A stretch of DNA of 42,085 nt, taken from NCBI GenBank assembly GCA_031287135.1, contig JAITTK010000083.1, positions 1 through 42,085 on the forward strand. The letters run 5' to 3'. Positions 1-11,220 of the stretch are shown here, piece by piece; position 1 is the stretch's first letter, and each line of letters opens with the position of its first letter. The position numbers were made by a program, and so were the translations under genes. The notes below the pieces were generated by a model. It was not told the origin of the DNA and made no database searches. It was given only the letters and a program-made list of their open reading frames with translations. The stretch comes from Candidatus Methanoplasma reticulitermitis (lineage in GTDB: Archaea > Thermoplasmatota > Thermoplasmata > Methanomassiliicoccales > Methanomethylophilaceae).

Positions 1-416
1 AGCTTCTCGAAGGCCATGGCGGCCTCCTCGATGTATGCCGACGTTTCGATCACACCGTATCCCTTATCTGTCATCTTGGTGTGGATCGAGGTGGCCTCCA
101 CCTTCGGGACCATCATTCCCATGATGCTCTTGCTGCCAAGTTTGACCTCCGGCTCCGTCTTGAGCGCGTATGCCGCGCTCTTGACGGCGATCTCTCCCTC
201 GACCGCGCGGGCTATGGTTATCTTCTCCATTGCCGCATCGTAGTCGGAGGAGACACCCTCACGCATCTTCCTGGCCTTTTCCAGCACCTCGAAGAATTCG
301 ATGATGAGACCGTCTCTCTTCATCTTCATGATCTTGTATCCGCTCTGGGACAGTTTGATCCTTTTCTTGAGGTCCAGAAGGACCGAACGGTTCGGGGTGA
401 TGTCTTGGCTTCCCAT
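1..416 (-). CDS. atpD: A-type ATP synthase subunit D (3' end runs off the window)
   Basis: Not in the ORF track. Manual translation from ATG at 416 gives MGSQDITPNRSVLLDLKKRIKLSQSGYKIMKMKRDGLIIEF..., a typical subunit D N-terminus, directly after atpB. Confidence 0.93.
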   Translation of the reverse strand, partial: MGSQDITPNRSVLLDLKKRIKLSQSGYKIMKMKRDGLIIEFFEVLEKARKMREGVSSDYDAAMEKITIARAVEGEIAVKSAAYALKTEPEVKLGSKSIMGMMVPKVEATSIHTKMTDKGYGVIETSAYIEEAAMAFEK

Positions 417-421
417 GAGAA

Positions 422-1804
422 TCACTTCTTGAGGTACTTCTCGATGTACTTGCGGTCGATCCTTGTCAGCTGGTCGATATCGAGTTCCTTCATGATCTCC
501 CAGGAGATGTCGAGCGTCCTCTCTATCGAACGGTCCTCGTCGATACCCTGGCGCACGACGCGGTCCTCGAAGAGGTCCGCGAAGTCCAAGAGCTTCCTGT
601 CCTTTGCCGAGAGCGAATCCTTACCGACGATAGCGACCAGGCCGCGCAGGTCCTTACCTTCTGCATATGAAGCATACAGCTGGTCGGAGACCGCTTTGTG
701 ATCCTCGCGGGTCTTGCCTTTTCCGACACCCGAGTTCATCAGACGGCTGAGCGACGACGACACATTGACCGGAGGATATATGCCGCTGCGGTGCAGCTCC
801 CTCGACAGGACGATCTGTCCTTCCGTTATGTACCCGGACAGATCGGGGATCGGGTGGGTTATGTCATCGCCGGGCATCGAGAGAATCGGGATCTGGGTGA
901 TCGATCCTTTCTTATCCTTTATCCTTCCCGCGCGCTCATAGAGCTGTGCGAGGTCGGTGTACATGTACCCTGGATAACCGCGTCTTCCCGGAACCTCTTC
1001 TCTCGCCGCGCCGACCTGGCGCAGAGCTTCGCAGTAGTTGGTGACGTCGGTCATTATCACGAGCACCTGCATCCCCAATTCGAATGCCATGTACTCTGCG
1101 GTCGTCAGACCCAGACGGGGTGTGACGATACGCTCTACAGCCGGGTCATCGGCGAGGTTCAGGAATACCACCGCATTCTTCAGTGCGCCGGTCCTCTCGA
1201 ACTCCTTCATGAACATCTGCTTCTCTTCATTTGTTATGCCCAGTGCGATGAACACGACGGCGAATTCCTCGTTCTCCCCGAGGACCTTCGCCTGCCTTGC
1301 TATCTGAAGGGCGATCTCGTTGTGGGGAAGACCCGATCCCGAGAATATCGGCAGTTTCTGCCCTCTCACCAGCGTGTTCATGCCGTCGATCGTCGAGATG
1401 CCGGTCTGGATGAAATCCGCCGGACTGTCCCTTGCCCATGGGTTTATCGCGGCTCCGACGATGTCCAGTTCCTGCTCCGGGACGATCCTGGCCCCTCCGT
1501 CGAGAGGTTCTCCCGCCCCGGTTAGGACCCTTCCGAGCATGTCCCTCGAGACGGGCATTTTCATCGTGTCGCCCAGGAAGCGTACGGACGCCTGCCTGTC
1601 GATACCGGATGTACCCTCGAATATCTGGACCACCACGATCTCATCGGATGTGTCCAGGACCTGGCCTCTCTTCATGGATCCGTCGGAAAGCCTCACGCTG
1701 ACCATCTCCTGATAGCCTACGGGCTCGGTCTTCTTGACGAATACGAGAGGGCCCGCTATCTGGGAGACCGTCTTGTATTCCTTGGATACTTTCGCTTTTG
1801 TCAT
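422..1804 (-). CDS. atpB: A-type ATP synthase subunit B
   Basis: Motifs [49 protein letters not shown] at 1804 preferred over the GTG at 1813. Confidence 0.97.
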   Translation of the reverse strand: MTKAKVSKEYKTVSQIAGPLVFVKKTEPVGYQEMVSVRLSDGSMKRGQVLDTSDEIVVVQIFEGTSGIDRQASVRFLGDTMKMPVSRDMLGRVLTGAGEPLDGGARIVPEQELDIVGAAINPWARDSPADFIQTGISTIDGMNTLVRGQKLPIFSGSGLPHNEIALQIARQAKVLGENEEFAVVFIALGITNEEKQMFMKEFERTGALKNAVVFLNLADDPAVERIVTPRLGLTTAEYMAFELGMQVLVIMTDVTNYCEALRQVGAAREEVPGRRGYPGYMYTDLAQLYERAGRIKDKKGSITQIPILSMPGDDITHPIPDLSGYITEGQIVLSRELHRSGIYPPVNVSSSLSRLMNSGVGKGKTREDHKAVSDQLYASYAEGKDLRGLVAIVGKDSLSAKDRKLLDFADLFEDRVVRQGIDEDRSIERTLDISWEIMKELDIDQLTRIDRKYIEKYLKK

Positions 1805-1809
1805 AGTTC

Positions 1810-3540
1810 TCACGCTCCGAGTCCCGCGAACTGCTCGTCCATATCCTTGGACACGGCATCCAGTTCGGCATCGACATTCTCTTCGTATTTGGCCTGGTTG
1901 AACCTCTGCCTGACCGGGAGGTATGCGATCTTATCGACCGGGATTCCCGATGCGAGCGCGTTGCCGGCGAGATCGGAATACTTCTTGATCAGAGTCATCA
2001 TAACATACTGCCTGTTGATGGGGCAGTACGAATCCACCGGGTGGTATGCATTCTGCTGGAGGTATATCTCACGGATCATCTTGGCCACCTCAAGGGTCAC
2101 CTTCTGCTCGTCCGGGAGGGAGTCCGATCCGACCATCTGCACGATCTCCTGCAGTTCGGCCTCTTTCTGGAGGATCTGCATGGCCCATGCCTTCAGTTCG
2201 GGGAAATTCTCGGCCACATTCTGTTTGTACCAGCCGCTCAGCTGTTTGTCGTACATCGTGTACGAGGTAAGCCAGTTTATGGTGGGGAAATGTCTTCTCT
2301 CCCTCAGCTTCGTATCGAGCGCCCAGAACACACGCACTATGCGCAGCGTGTTCTGCGTTACAGGCTCTGAGAGGTCTCCGCCCGGGGGCGAGACCGCGCC
2401 TATAACGGAGATTGATCCTATCTCGCCGCTCAGTGCTTTGGCACGGCATGCGCGCTCGTAGAACTCCGAAAGACGTCCTGCAAGGTATGCGGGATATCCT
2501 TCTTCCCCGGGCATCTCCTCGAGCCTCGACGATATCTCACGCATTGCTTCAGCCCACCTTGAGGTGGAATCGGCCATCAATGACACATCATAACCCATAT
2601 CCCTGAAGTATTCGGCGATGGTTATGCCCGTGTAAACGGACGCTTCCCTTGCCGCGACAGGCATGTTGGACGTGTTGGCTATCAGGACAGTCCTGTTCAT
2701 AAGGGACTCCCCCGTCGTAGGATCGACCAGTTCCGGGAACTCGGTGAGGACCTCGGTCATCTCGTTTCCGCGCTCACCGCATCCTATGTACACCACGATC
2801 TCGGCATTGGAATACTTTGCCAGAGACTGCTGGGTAACGGTCTTGCCGGTACCGAAAGCACCCGGGATCGCCGCCGCACCGCCCTTTGCGAGCGGGAACA
2901 TCGTGTCCAGGACCCTGAGTCCGGTGACCAACGGTATGTCCGGCTGGTATTTCTCCGTCACCGGTCTGGACACACGGACGGGCCATTTCTGCATCATGGT
3001 CATCTCCTGCCCGTCGATCTTCGCGACAACATCGGTCACGGTGTGCTTGCCGTCCGATATGCCGCTTATCTTCCCTTTCTTGAATGTCGGGGGCACCATA
3101 ATCTTGTGGACCATCGAACCTTCCATGACGGTACCGATTACCTGTCCCGCCTCGACTTCTTCGCCGTTCTTGACAGCGGGCTTGAAATCCCACTTCTTCT
3201 CTCTGTCGAGTCCAGGTGCGGAAACGCCGCGGAAGATGAAATCCCCCATTTTGTCCCTGAGCACGGGCAGAGGCCTCTGTATTCCGTCATAAACGGATGT
3301 AAGAAGCCCCGGACCGAGTTCCGCGACAAGAGGGAGTCCGGTATTCGTGACCGGCTCTCCGGGCTTAACACCCGAAGTATCCTCGTAAACCTGGATGATA
3401 GAGTACTCGCCTACAATCTTGATGACCTCGCCCATGAGACCCTCTTTCCCTACATGCACGACATCGTACATCTTGGGAGTGATCCCAGTTGCTGTCACCA
3501 CAGGACCTGCGACCCTGTAAATTACACCTTCAGTGCTCAT
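1810..3540 (-). CDS. atpA: A-type ATP synthase subunit A
   Basis: Walker [30 protein letters not shown]. 576 aa, no intein. Confidence 0.98.
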   Translation of the reverse strand: MSTEGVIYRVAGPVVTATGITPKMYDVVHVGKEGLMGEVIKIVGEYSIIQVYEDTSGVKPGEPVTNTGLPLVAELGPGLLTSVYDGIQRPLPVLRDKMGDFIFRGVSAPGLDREKKWDFKPAVKNGEEVEAGQVIGTVMEGSMVHKIMVPPTFKKGKISGISDGKHTVTDVVAKIDGQEMTMMQKWPVRVSRPVTEKYQPDIPLVTGLRVLDTMFPLAKGGAAAIPGAFGTGKTVTQQSLAKYSNAEIVVYIGCGERGNEMTEVLTEFPELVDPTTGESLMNRTVLIANTSNMPVAAREASVYTGITIAEYFRDMGYDVSLMADSTSRWAEAMREISSRLEEMPGEEGYPAYLAGRLSEFYERACRAKALSGEIGSISVIGAVSPPGGDLSEPVTQNTLRIVRVFWALDTKLRERRHFPTINWLTSYTMYDKQLSGWYKQNVAENFPELKAWAMQILQKEAELQEIVQMVGSDSLPDEQKVTLEVAKMIREIYLQQNAYHPVDSYCPINRQYVMMTLIKKYSDLAGNALASGIPVDKIAYLPVRQRFNQAKYEENVDAELDAVSKDMDEQFAGLGA

Positions 3541-3846
3541 TTATTCATCCTCTGTCTTGTATAAATCAACGCCAATTGCTCTTTTGACCTTCTCGCGAAG
3601 GTCGCTCTCATCCCCGCCGACCGGTACGACCACCGGCTGGATGGAATCCAATATCTTTGCCCTGATGTTCTGCGGAAGGTATTTGAGATCCTCCGCGTCA
3701 ACAGCCAGGATACCGATATTGGTATCGGACATGGCTCCTCCGATCACGCTCTGATAGTTGTTCTCGTCAGCCACGAACACACGTTTGAGTCCGGCCAACC
3801 TGAAACCCAGTACGAATTCCTCGCTGCCCACTACTGCTATTTCCAT
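3541..3846 (-). CDS. atpF: A-type ATP synthase subunit F
   Basis: MEIAVVG..FVLGFRLAG N-terminus, RAIGVDL C-terminus, operon position. Confidence 0.95.
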   Translation of the reverse strand: MEIAVVGSEEFVLGFRLAGLKRVFVADENNYQSVIGGAMSDTNIGILAVDAEDLKYLPQNIRAKILDSIQPVVVPVGGDESDLREKVKRAIGVDLYKTEDE

Positions 3847-4895
3847 CAGATCACCAAAAGTCCTTTGATCACATCTCTGTCCAGTCCGCTCTCCGTGCCT
3901 CTGGCGATCAACCTGATATTCCTTACCTCGCTCTCCTTGTGAATCATGTAGTCTATGACCGGGATCACCGACAGCGGGTACAGGTGCGAGAACTTCTTCG
4001 CTTTCTGCATCTCGTACCTCTTAAGGCCGGACACCATGTCCCTCAGGTTGTTGGACTCCAGTGCATCCTTTATGTTCTCGTAGAAATCGAGTTGCGAAAT
4101 ATCGGATATCAACGATTCCGCGTTCTCCGCGTTCGCGAACAGCGTGAGCTGTCTTCCGTCGATCTTCTTCCCTCCGGGGATGATGTACTTCATGACCTGT
4201 TCTCCGATTATACCTTCTGCTTTCAGTTTGAAGATCGTCTCGAAGTTCTTTATGTCCACTTCCTCTCTTATGTAATCGAGGAAGAGGCGCGATGGTCTGG
4301 ATGACGGATCTATGCTCTGTATGAGTTTCTCATAGTGCATCTTGTCCAAGAAATCCTCGATATCCCCCAGGTTCCCGCTCGCTTTGTATGCGGACAGCAC
4401 ATCCGCCGGGAAATTCACACGCGCCATCTTTCCGAAATTCGCGATGATGTCATCATCCGTTTCCAGAGCGATCAGCCTGTCCAAAGATTCGGCGCTTAGG
4501 CTGCCTGCGGGCACAAGATCCTCTCTTATTCCCTCCGCATCCAGACCGTACGATTTTCCGCGGAGTATGACTTTGAGGTTCCAGATGTCCCATTTCACGA
4601 GATATGCGGAGACCATGCCGTAAAGCTCCCCCGTTGATGAGGAAAGGATGCTGCTGAACACTTTTGCCATGTTGAGATACGTGGCATGTTCCAGGAGAGC
4701 TAGACCCGACATTCTTCCTGCCAGGTCCGCCATCTCCTTGCCGTAGCCGATCTCGCTTATGTAACGGGATATCTCCGGCACAGTCATCATCATCATCTTA
4801 CTGTAGTCCTCTTCGCCCATAAGGAGGGATTTCTTGGCCTTTACCCTGGCGACCGTATACGCATAGTTGCCTTTCCTTCCATTGCGCCTGAACAT
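3846..4895 (-). CDS. atpC: A-type ATP synthase subunit C
   Basis: YAYTVARVKAKKSLL, WDIWNLKVILRG, EVRNIRLIARG; 349 aa; operon position. Confidence 0.93.
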   Translation of the reverse strand: MFRRNGRKGNYAYTVARVKAKKSLLMGEEDYSKMMMMTVPEISRYISEIGYGKEMADLAGRMSGLALLEHATYLNMAKVFSSILSSSTGELYGMVSAYLVKWDIWNLKVILRGKSYGLDAEGIREDLVPAGSLSAESLDRLIALETDDDIIANFGKMARVNFPADVLSAYKASGNLGDIEDFLDKMHYEKLIQSIDPSSRPSRLFLDYIREEVDIKNFETIFKLKAEGIIGEQVMKYIIPGGKKIDGRQLTLFANAENAESLISDISQLDFYENIKDALESNNLRDMVSGLKRYEMQKAKKFSHLYPLSVIPVIDYMIHKESEVRNIRLIARGTESGLDRDVIKGLLVI

Positions 4896-4899
4896 TGTC

Positions 4900-5457
4900 T
4901 CACCCGAACAGGATGTCGGACAAAGCCTTTATCTCACGGTCCCAGATCGTCTGGAGTATGGTCTCGTATTGCATGTCGACCTCCACGGTGCCGTCCTCGC
5001 TCTGGAGGATCAGTCCCGCACGTATCCTGTGATCTTTCTCGACCGACTTGACGCCCAGATCCTTCGCTGTGAAACTGTCTTTGGCGGACATCAGAGCCTT
5101 GGGTTTGTCGATGACCGTCTTCGCCGACTTCACCATCTTCTTGTACTGCTCCAGTTTAACGCTCTCCGGAGCGGATTCGAGATCGGCGAGAACGGTCTCG
5201 AACGCCTGGGCCAGGATCTCCTTCCTTTTGGACAGGACGATCTTCTTGCTCTCCAGTTCCGAACTGGAGAGCTCCTGGCGCCTGAGGCGCTCGATCGATT
5301 CTTTGAGCTTCTTATCCTCTTTCTCTCTCATGTCGGAAATCAGTGCATCCGCCTCGGCCGATATGGCCTTCACTTCAGCGGCGGCCTGCGATCTGATATC
5401 GCTTGCCTGCTTGTCGGCCGATGCAATGATCTCCTTCGTGACGTTATCTAATGCCAT
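4900..5457 (-). CDS. atpE: A-type ATP synthase subunit E
   Basis: Coiled-coil N-terminus MALDNVTKEI, C-terminus EIKALSDILFG; lies between K and C. Confidence 0.92.
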   Translation of the reverse strand: MALDNVTKEIIASADKQASDIRSQAAAEVKAISAEADALISDMREKEDKKLKESIERLRRQELSSSELESKKIVLSKRKEILAQAFETVLADLESAPESVKLEQYKKMVKSAKTVIDKPKALMSAKDSFTAKDLGVKSVEKDHRIRAGLILQSEDGTVEVDMQYETILQTIWDREIKALSDILFG

Positions 5458-5474
5458 GAGACGGCCTCAGATAC

Positions 5475-5708
5475 TTACATCACGAAGATTCCCATGATAG
5501 CTATAACAAGACCGAAGATGACGATGGTCTCGGGAAGAACCATGAAGATCATTGCTTTACCGAAGATTGTTGGATCCTCGGTTATGGCTCCTACTGCCGC
5601 TGCTCCCACGTCTTTCTCCGCCATTCCCGCTCCGAGACCCGTGAGTCCGACAGCAAGTCCTGCTCCAATAGCGATAAGTCCGCTTCCTACATCTCCTTCT
5701 ATTGCCAT
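5475..5708 (-). CDS. atpK: A-type ATP synthase subunit K (c proteolipid, single hairpin)
   Basis: 77 aa, two hydrophobic helices, Gly-rich helix 1, ion-binding LPETIVIF. Confidence 0.95.
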   Translation of the reverse strand: MAIEGDVGSGLIAIGAGLAVGLTGLGAGMAEKDVGAAAVGAITEDPTIFGKAMIFMVLPETIVIFGLVIAIMGIFVM

Positions 5709-5710
5709 TT

Positions 5711-7771
5711 TTATACCTCTTTGTCAGCTTTTGCCTGTGTTAAAATTGTTTTAACGCGTTTGACCTTCAACGGTTCGTATCTTATCCCGCCTCCTTCGAA
5801 GAACTTCGTCATCAGTTCCACGAACTGCAGCCTCAGAGCATGCAGCCCCGCGGAAAGGATTCCCAAGGTCCATACGACCAGATGCAGGAAAGCGAACAGG
5901 AGCAGTCCGATCACCAGGAAACCTATTCCCGGCCAAACGACCGTCTCGCCCATCCCCATTATCATTCCGAACACTATGTAGTTAAACGCCATCGCCATGC
6001 CGGCCTTGGACATACCGATGGCCGCCAGACGCGTATATGATAATATGTTTCCGACGATGCCCGGAAGTTCCAGTATCGCCATTATACCTTCCACCCTCGA
6101 CGTTATCACAACACCGACGACGGTCATCACCAGCCCGGCCGCCAGAAGATACATGACCATGCCTTCCAGCGGGGCGCTGTCGAACAGCATCTGAGTCAGT
6201 GAATAACAGAACACGACCATCCCGGTGAACATGATGATCCATCCGCCCTTCTCCATGAATGCGTGCTTGTTGTCGTGCTGTCTCCTTATGTTCAGATAGC
6301 CGCACACGTATCCGATCAGGAGGTGGACTATACCGACGTAAACAGACAGCTTCAGAAGCATGCCGACATGGATGCCGAGCTTCGATATTCCGTGATCGTC
6401 GATCATTATTCCGCTGAACCATTCGGGAAGATGTATGCCCAGCAACCCTTCCCATGTTATATTCAGCGGCGGTTCCCAGTGACCTATGAAGTGCATCCCG
6501 AGCGCTTCTCCGAAGAAGAAGAACCCGAACATGAACGCCCATATGCCTCCGAAGAACAGCACTGTGGCGATCGCACGCCAATCCTTATGGTGCGTGACCT
6601 TCAGGCCGTACGCCCCCAGGATTATGAAGGGTATCGCATAACCGCAGTCCCCTATCATAAAACCGAAGAATAACGGGAGGAAGAACATTATCAGGACCGA
6701 CGGATCGATCTCCTGATACTTCGGTGTCGAGACCAGACTTGTGGCGTACTCGAACTCCTTTGCTATTACCCCGTTGTTACTCTTCGTAGGTACTTTCTTG
6801 AATCTTTCCTCTGCTTCCTCTTCCTCGTGCAGGTTCCTGCCGCGTGTCTCCTCGAACTCCACATGAATGTCATTGCCGAGTCGAGATTCCAGCTCGGCGG
6901 CCACGGACTGAAATTTGTTCGTGGGCACCCAGGAATCCATTATATACGAATATTCCCCGACCGCTATCCTGAGAGGCACCTCGCCTTTCTCGATCTCGAT
7001 GGACAGCTCTTCGTCGGATGCACGCAGGAAGGTCTTGTGTTTCATCCGAAGTGCTTCGACTTCCTTCTCGACGGATTCCAGCTTGGCATAGAGGTCTGCC
7101 AGGCCTTCATCGGCCAGTAAAAGTGCTTCGGACACGGGGCCTTTGCCCTCGGGTACCGCGATCTCCGTGAATCCGTACTCCGAAAGTATCGATGCCGCCC
7201 TGTCCTTGTCCTCGGTCTTCACGAACACCGCCGCAACGCCGCCTGCCTTCTTTTTGAAGGATACGAACGCCTCGGAATCGGCAAGTGATTTCAATGCCTC
7301 GGACGGGTCTTCCTTTACTGTCCCCACGATGACCGCCAGACTCTTGTACCCCGAATAGAGTTCAAGGTCCACCGGTATCGTTGCGAGAATTTCCAAGCTC
7401 TTCTTTTTAGCGTTTAATTCAGTGATTCTCTGATTAAGATCATTCCTGGCATCAAGAACCTTGAGAATCTCGGCCTCGGTACTCTCTACGCTGCCGGACG
7501 ATATTTGGTCCCTTATCTCCTCCACCGATACCCTGGCCGTTTCGGTCGTCTTGCCTACTCCGAGCTCTTTTTCCATCGCCCTGACTTTCAGCAACCTCTC
7601 GGATGCCTTGGAGTTCGTGGGCAACGGGGCCCCGATGGACATGTCGTCTGTGCCAGTGGTGTGATCGATCAGGTGGAGTGCCTTCGCGCTGTAGAAGGCC
7701 TCTATTGCCTCCTCCATGCGGGATTTGGTACCCACGACCACGATCCTACTCATTGACTCAGGAAGTGACAT
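5711..7771 (-). CDS. atpI: A-type ATP synthase subunit I (a)
   Basis: Soluble N-terminus and membrane C-terminus with FFGFMIGD, ILSYTRLAA, HALRLQFVE. Confidence 0.96.
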   Translation of the reverse strand: MSLPESMSRIVVVGTKSRMEEAIEAFYSAKALHLIDHTTGTDDMSIGAPLPTNSKASERLLKVRAMEKELGVGKTTETARVSVEEIRDQISSGSVESTEAEILKVLDARNDLNQRITELNAKKKSLEILATIPVDLELYSGYKSLAVIVGTVKEDPSEALKSLADSEAFVSFKKKAGGVAAVFVKTEDKDRAASILSEYGFTEIAVPEGKGPVSEALLLADEGLADLYAKLESVEKEVEALRMKHKTFLRASDEELSIEIEKGEVPLRIAVGEYSYIMDSWVPTNKFQSVAAELESRLGNDIHVEFEETRGRNLHEEEEAEERFKKVPTKSNNGVIAKEFEYATSLVSTPKYQEIDPSVLIMFFLPLFFGFMIGDCGYAIPFIILGAYGLKVTHHKDWRAIATVLFFGGIWAFMFGFFFFGEALGMHFIGHWEPPLNITWEGLLGIHLPEWFSGIMIDDHGISKLGIHVGMLLKLSVYVGIVHLLIGYVCGYLNIRRQHDNKHAFMEKGGWIIMFTGMVVFCYSLTQMLFDSAPLEGMVMYLLAAGLVMTVVGVVITSRVEGIMAILELPGIVGNILSYTRLAAIGMSKAGMAMAFNYIVFGMIMGMGETVVWPGIGFLVIGLLLFAFLHLVVWTLGILSAGLHALRLQFVELMTKFFEGGGIRYEPLKVKRVKTILTQAKADKEV

Positions 7772-8090
7772 TTATGGTCCTCTCGAATTCTTCGACCAGG
7801 AAATCTTTCACTTCCTTGATTTTCTTTGCTGAGGATTTCTCGATGCTCTTGGCTTCCTTCTCGCCTGCGGCGAGAAGTTCGTTCCTTTTCTCATCGAGAG
7901 CCTTCTGCTCGGTTGCAATGGAGGATTCGTGGCTGCCGCGCATCGCTGCTTCGGCATCCTGAATTCTCTTCACAGAATCTCTGCGGGCGTCCGCTATGGC
8001 CATTTTTTTGTCCGCCTCGGCCTTTTCGACCTTGGCATCAGCCTCTGCTTCTGCCTTCTTTATTTCCGAAAGTATGTCAGTTCGGCTCAA
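7758..8090 (-). CDS. atpH: A-type ATP synthase subunit H
   Basis: Charged coiled coil (SRTDILSEIKKAEAEA...), first gene of the operon. Likely TTG start at 8090 with GGAGTG Shine-Dalgarno upstream. Confidence 0.85.
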   Translation of the reverse strand: MSRTDILSEIKKAEAEADAKVEKAEADKKMAIADARRDSVKRIQDAEAAMRGSHESSIATEQKALDEKRNELLAAGEKEAKSIEKSSAKKIKEVKDFLVEEFERTINVTS

Positions 8091-8137
8091 TTTACACTCC
8101 CCGACTATCTGCCGAGCATGGTATTGAGTGGGCATAC

Positions 8138-8638
8138 TTAAGCGTAATTGTCCGATTGCCCCTCCGGGCCGTTAGAATGTGCATTATCAGCATCGCCGGA
8201 AAAGCTGCGTACCTTTATGGCGGTCTCGGCAAGCAGCTGTTTGGACAGATCGTCCACATATCCAGTCTTGTAAACTACTTCCGTTATCCCCGAATTTATA
8301 AGGATCTTCGTGCACATCGAACACGGAAACGTGGTCGTGTACAATGTGGCATCTTTGACGCTGACACCGAAATATGCCGCCTGGGCCACGGCATTCTGCT
8401 CCGCGTGCACGCCCCTGCATAATTCGTGCCTGGTCCCGGACGGTATGTTCATCTGTTCCCTTATGCAACCCAGCTCCTCACAGTGACGCGTTCCCTTGGG
8501 GGACCCATTGTATCCGGTGGACAATATGTGCTTGTCCTTTACGATTACCGCCCCCACTCTTCTTCTCACGCATGTGGACCTCTGAGCAACCAATTCGGCC
8601 ATGCTCATGAAATATTCGTCGCTCGAAGGCCTGTCCAT
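8138..8638 (-). CDS. dCMP deaminase (ComEB family)
   Basis: [38 protein letters not shown] zinc motifs. ATG at 8638. Confidence 0.92.
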   Translation of the reverse strand: MDRPSSDEYFMSMAELVAQRSTCVRRRVGAVIVKDKHILSTGYNGSPKGTRHCEELGCIREQMNIPSGTRHELCRGVHAEQNAVAQAAYFGVSVKDATLYTTTFPCSMCTKILINSGITEVVYKTGYVDDLSKQLLAETAIKVRSFSGDADNAHSNGPEGQSDNYA

Positions 8639-8941
8639 ATCCTTTGAGATGCTGTTTACCCTATAATTGTTTTTGGACCGTTCCGTCCGCCGAAAGAAAT
8701 CACACATATACCTGGCTCACTCCGCACGTCTTAGAGTATGAATAAACCAAAGCCGGAGGATGTGTCAATCACAGATCATACGGATGGTCTGTTCGCCGGC
8801 GTCCCTGAAACCGGTGATAACCGGGTTTGCAAACAGGAAATCTTCTGCTGCACTGACCGTTGTTTTTTGTTATCCTGTCTTTATCCGGCCGTGGATCCCG
8901 TGTCTTTTCCGGGGAATTAAATTAATAATCAAAAAAACATA

Positions 8942-9823
8942 ATGCGGAGCATGGATAAGAGTACCAAACATGCCATTGTCATAATGGCTGTCGCCGTGGC
9001 GGTCATAGTCGCGGCATTTGTTGGTATTTCAAAGGCCTCCGGCGTGAGCCCGTTTCAGACGGTGGTCGAATCCGGGAGCATGCAGCACGGCATAGGCTCG
9101 CAGATAGGCGTGATAGATACCGGGGACATGGTTGTCGTAAAGAATAAGGACAGCATGGTCATACAGTCTTTCATAGACGGTTACAAAACCGGATACGAGA
9201 GATTCGGAAATTACGGGGATGTGATCATATACAATCGCGGGCCGGATCTGAATCCCGTAATACATAGGGCCATACTGTGGCTTGATTATAATGGGAACGG
9301 AACATGGAGCGCTCCCAGTTTGGAAGGATATCCCCGTGAGCTTTGGTTATGCAGCGGCAGTCCCGACGGCGACTACATGAATTTGTCAGGGACCCTTACC
9401 CTGAAGAACATAGGTTATGTGGATACTCCCGACGCGAGCATAAATTTGGATACCCTTGCAGCGGGCAGCCCCACCGATGGATACCTTACAAAGGGGGACA
9501 ACAACTCCAGATTCGATCAACCGTCCAGTCTGGCCGGTGTGAACGGCCTGATATCCTATGATAGAATAAAATCGGTGGCTTGGTTTGAAATACCGTGGGC
9601 TGGTACTTTTAAAATGGTATTCAACGGAAAAACAAATATCATCGATTATTGGGTTCCCAACACGATACCTTGTATCGCAGCATCGGCACTGCTGTGGATA
9701 TTTCTGATCGTCAGTATAAGTTTCCTTTATGATTACAGATATTATCAGAAAATCAAAGAAGAGTTGCGTGAGGAGATGAACGCCCCCACCCCTTTATTTC
9801 CAGTGGAAAATAAAAAAGAATGA
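8942..9823 (+). CDS. Signal peptidase I (S26/Sec11 type)
   Basis: N-terminal TM, catalytic SGSM, GDMVVV, VIHR, TKGDNN, C-terminal TM. Confidence 0.88.
   Translation: MRSMDKSTKHAIVIMAVAVAVIVAAFVGISKASGVSPFQTVVESGSMQHGIGSQIGVIDTGDMVVVKNKDSMVIQSFIDGYKTGYERFGNYGDVIIYNRGPDLNPVIHRAILWLDYNGNGTWSAPSLEGYPRELWLCSGSPDGDYMNLSGTLTLKNIGYVDTPDASINLDTLAAGSPTDGYLTKGDNNSRFDQPSSLAGVNGLISYDRIKSVAWFEIPWAGTFKMVFNGKTNIIDYWVPNTIPCIAASALLWIFLIVSISFLYDYRYYQKIKEELREEMNAPTPLFPVENKKE
9780..9809 (-). promoter_or_regulatory. Origin recognition box (ORB), left copy, inside the 3' end of the signal peptidase CDS
   Basis: Minus strand reads TTTCCACTGGAAATAAAGGGGTGGGGGCGT (TTCCA.TGGAA core plus G-string). Exact inverted copy of 11361-11390. 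Confidence 0.85.
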
Positions 9824-9825
9824 AA

Positions 9826-11064
9826 TCATACCGTGGGCAAAGTCGTTTGCTTGGCGGGTTTGTGTTTTGAAAGAGGTTCAAACAATTCATCTTTCGTGAC
9901 AAATTCAACTATGTCCTTATTGATATTGAGTTCTATTTCCCTTGTCCTGCCGTTCCTTCCGAATGACTTGACCCTTGCATGTATTATACCTAACATATCC
10001 AATTCCGATATTAGATCGGAGACCCTTTTCTCTTTCAAAATCAGACAGCTCAATGCATTGCATATCTCTTTGTAAACGGAATATACATCACCGGTTGTGA
10101 CCACGGTATTCTTACACTCATGATTCCTTATTATACTCATAAGGACTATCTTCGATTGTGCCGGCAGGGTCTTTATCACTTCAATGACAGCATCCAATTC
10201 TATTTTACTTCTGGCAAAATCAACGTGAGCACCCGTGATTATATTATCTCCGTTTCTTTCGGCTATTTCAGCGGAGACTTTAAGGAAATCCAATGCCCTT
10301 CTGGCATCCCCCGACATTTGAGCCGATATCGCGGCACAGTAAGGTATGACACCATCTTCAATTACCCCGGGTTCAAATGCCAACTCCGCTCTTTTCCTCA
10401 GTATGTCCTGAAGCTGTTCGGGATTATAAGGAGGGAAAACGACTTTTTCCTCACCGAGTCTGCTTTTTATCCTCGGTGTGAGAAGTTCTGTGAACTTCGT
10501 ATTGTTTGTTACGCCTATTATCGATATTTTTGATTCTTTGAGAATTTCATTCATCGTGGTCAGGAAATAAAATATGTCATCCCCGTTCTTTTGGAGTATC
10601 CTGTCTATCTCATCGAGAACTATTATGAAAACCTTATTCTCCCTGTCTATGTGAAACAGCAGTGTCTCGTATACTCTGTCCAAGCTCCATCCGGTGAATG
10701 GTATCTTACTGTTCTGGTCCGTTATTATCTGATTAGATATGTTATAGAGTATTCCATAAGGGTTATCGACGATCTCACAATTGACATATATGAAACCGCA
10801 ATTCTTTTTTTCGGAATCCGCTTTCATAAGTTCTTTTCCTATGTAATTGAGGACAGCTGTTTTTCCTGTCCCCGTTTTTCCTATCACGAGTATGTTGGAA
10901 GGTTTGTCTTTGTTGAGGGATGGGGTTATTATCTCAACGATATTATTGATTTCGTTTTCCCTGTGAGGCAGCTGATCTGGTATGTATGTAGTCTGAAGAA
11001 TGTTCCTGTTTTTTATGAGAGTATTCCTTTTGTTTATTGATTTGTCAAATATTGATTCTCCCAT
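9826..11064 (-). CDS. cdc6: Orc1/Cdc6 replication initiator
   Basis: YIPDQLPHRE, Walker A GKTGTGKT, Walker B IIVLDEID, GDARRALD, winged-helix SELDMLGII and GRNGRTR. Confidence 0.96.
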   Translation of the reverse strand: MGESIFDKSINKRNTLIKNRNILQTTYIPDQLPHRENEINNIVEIITPSLNKDKPSNILVIGKTGTGKTAVLNYIGKELMKADSEKKNCGFIYVNCEIVDNPYGILYNISNQIITDQNSKIPFTGWSLDRVYETLLFHIDRENKVFIIVLDEIDRILQKNGDDIFYFLTTMNEILKESKISIIGVTNNTKFTELLTPRIKSRLGEEKVVFPPYNPEQLQDILRKRAELAFEPGVIEDGVIPYCAAISAQMSGDARRALDFLKVSAEIAERNGDNIITGAHVDFARSKIELDAVIEVIKTLPAQSKIVLMSIIRNHECKNTVVTTGDVYSVYKEICNALSCLILKEKRVSDLISELDMLGIIHARVKSFGRNGRTREIELNINKDIVEFVTKDELFEPLSKHKPAKQTTLPTV

Positions 11065-11220
11065 TTTCGGACCTCTTTTTCATGCGCCGGGATATATGGC
11101 GGGAGGTTTGTTATAATGATTTCTTAACCCGGTTTTTTCGATGTTGAAAAATCGGGATATTAGTTTTATAAGATGAATGATGTTACCGAAAGCAGTTGCT
11201 TAATGCAAAGGAGAAATTCA

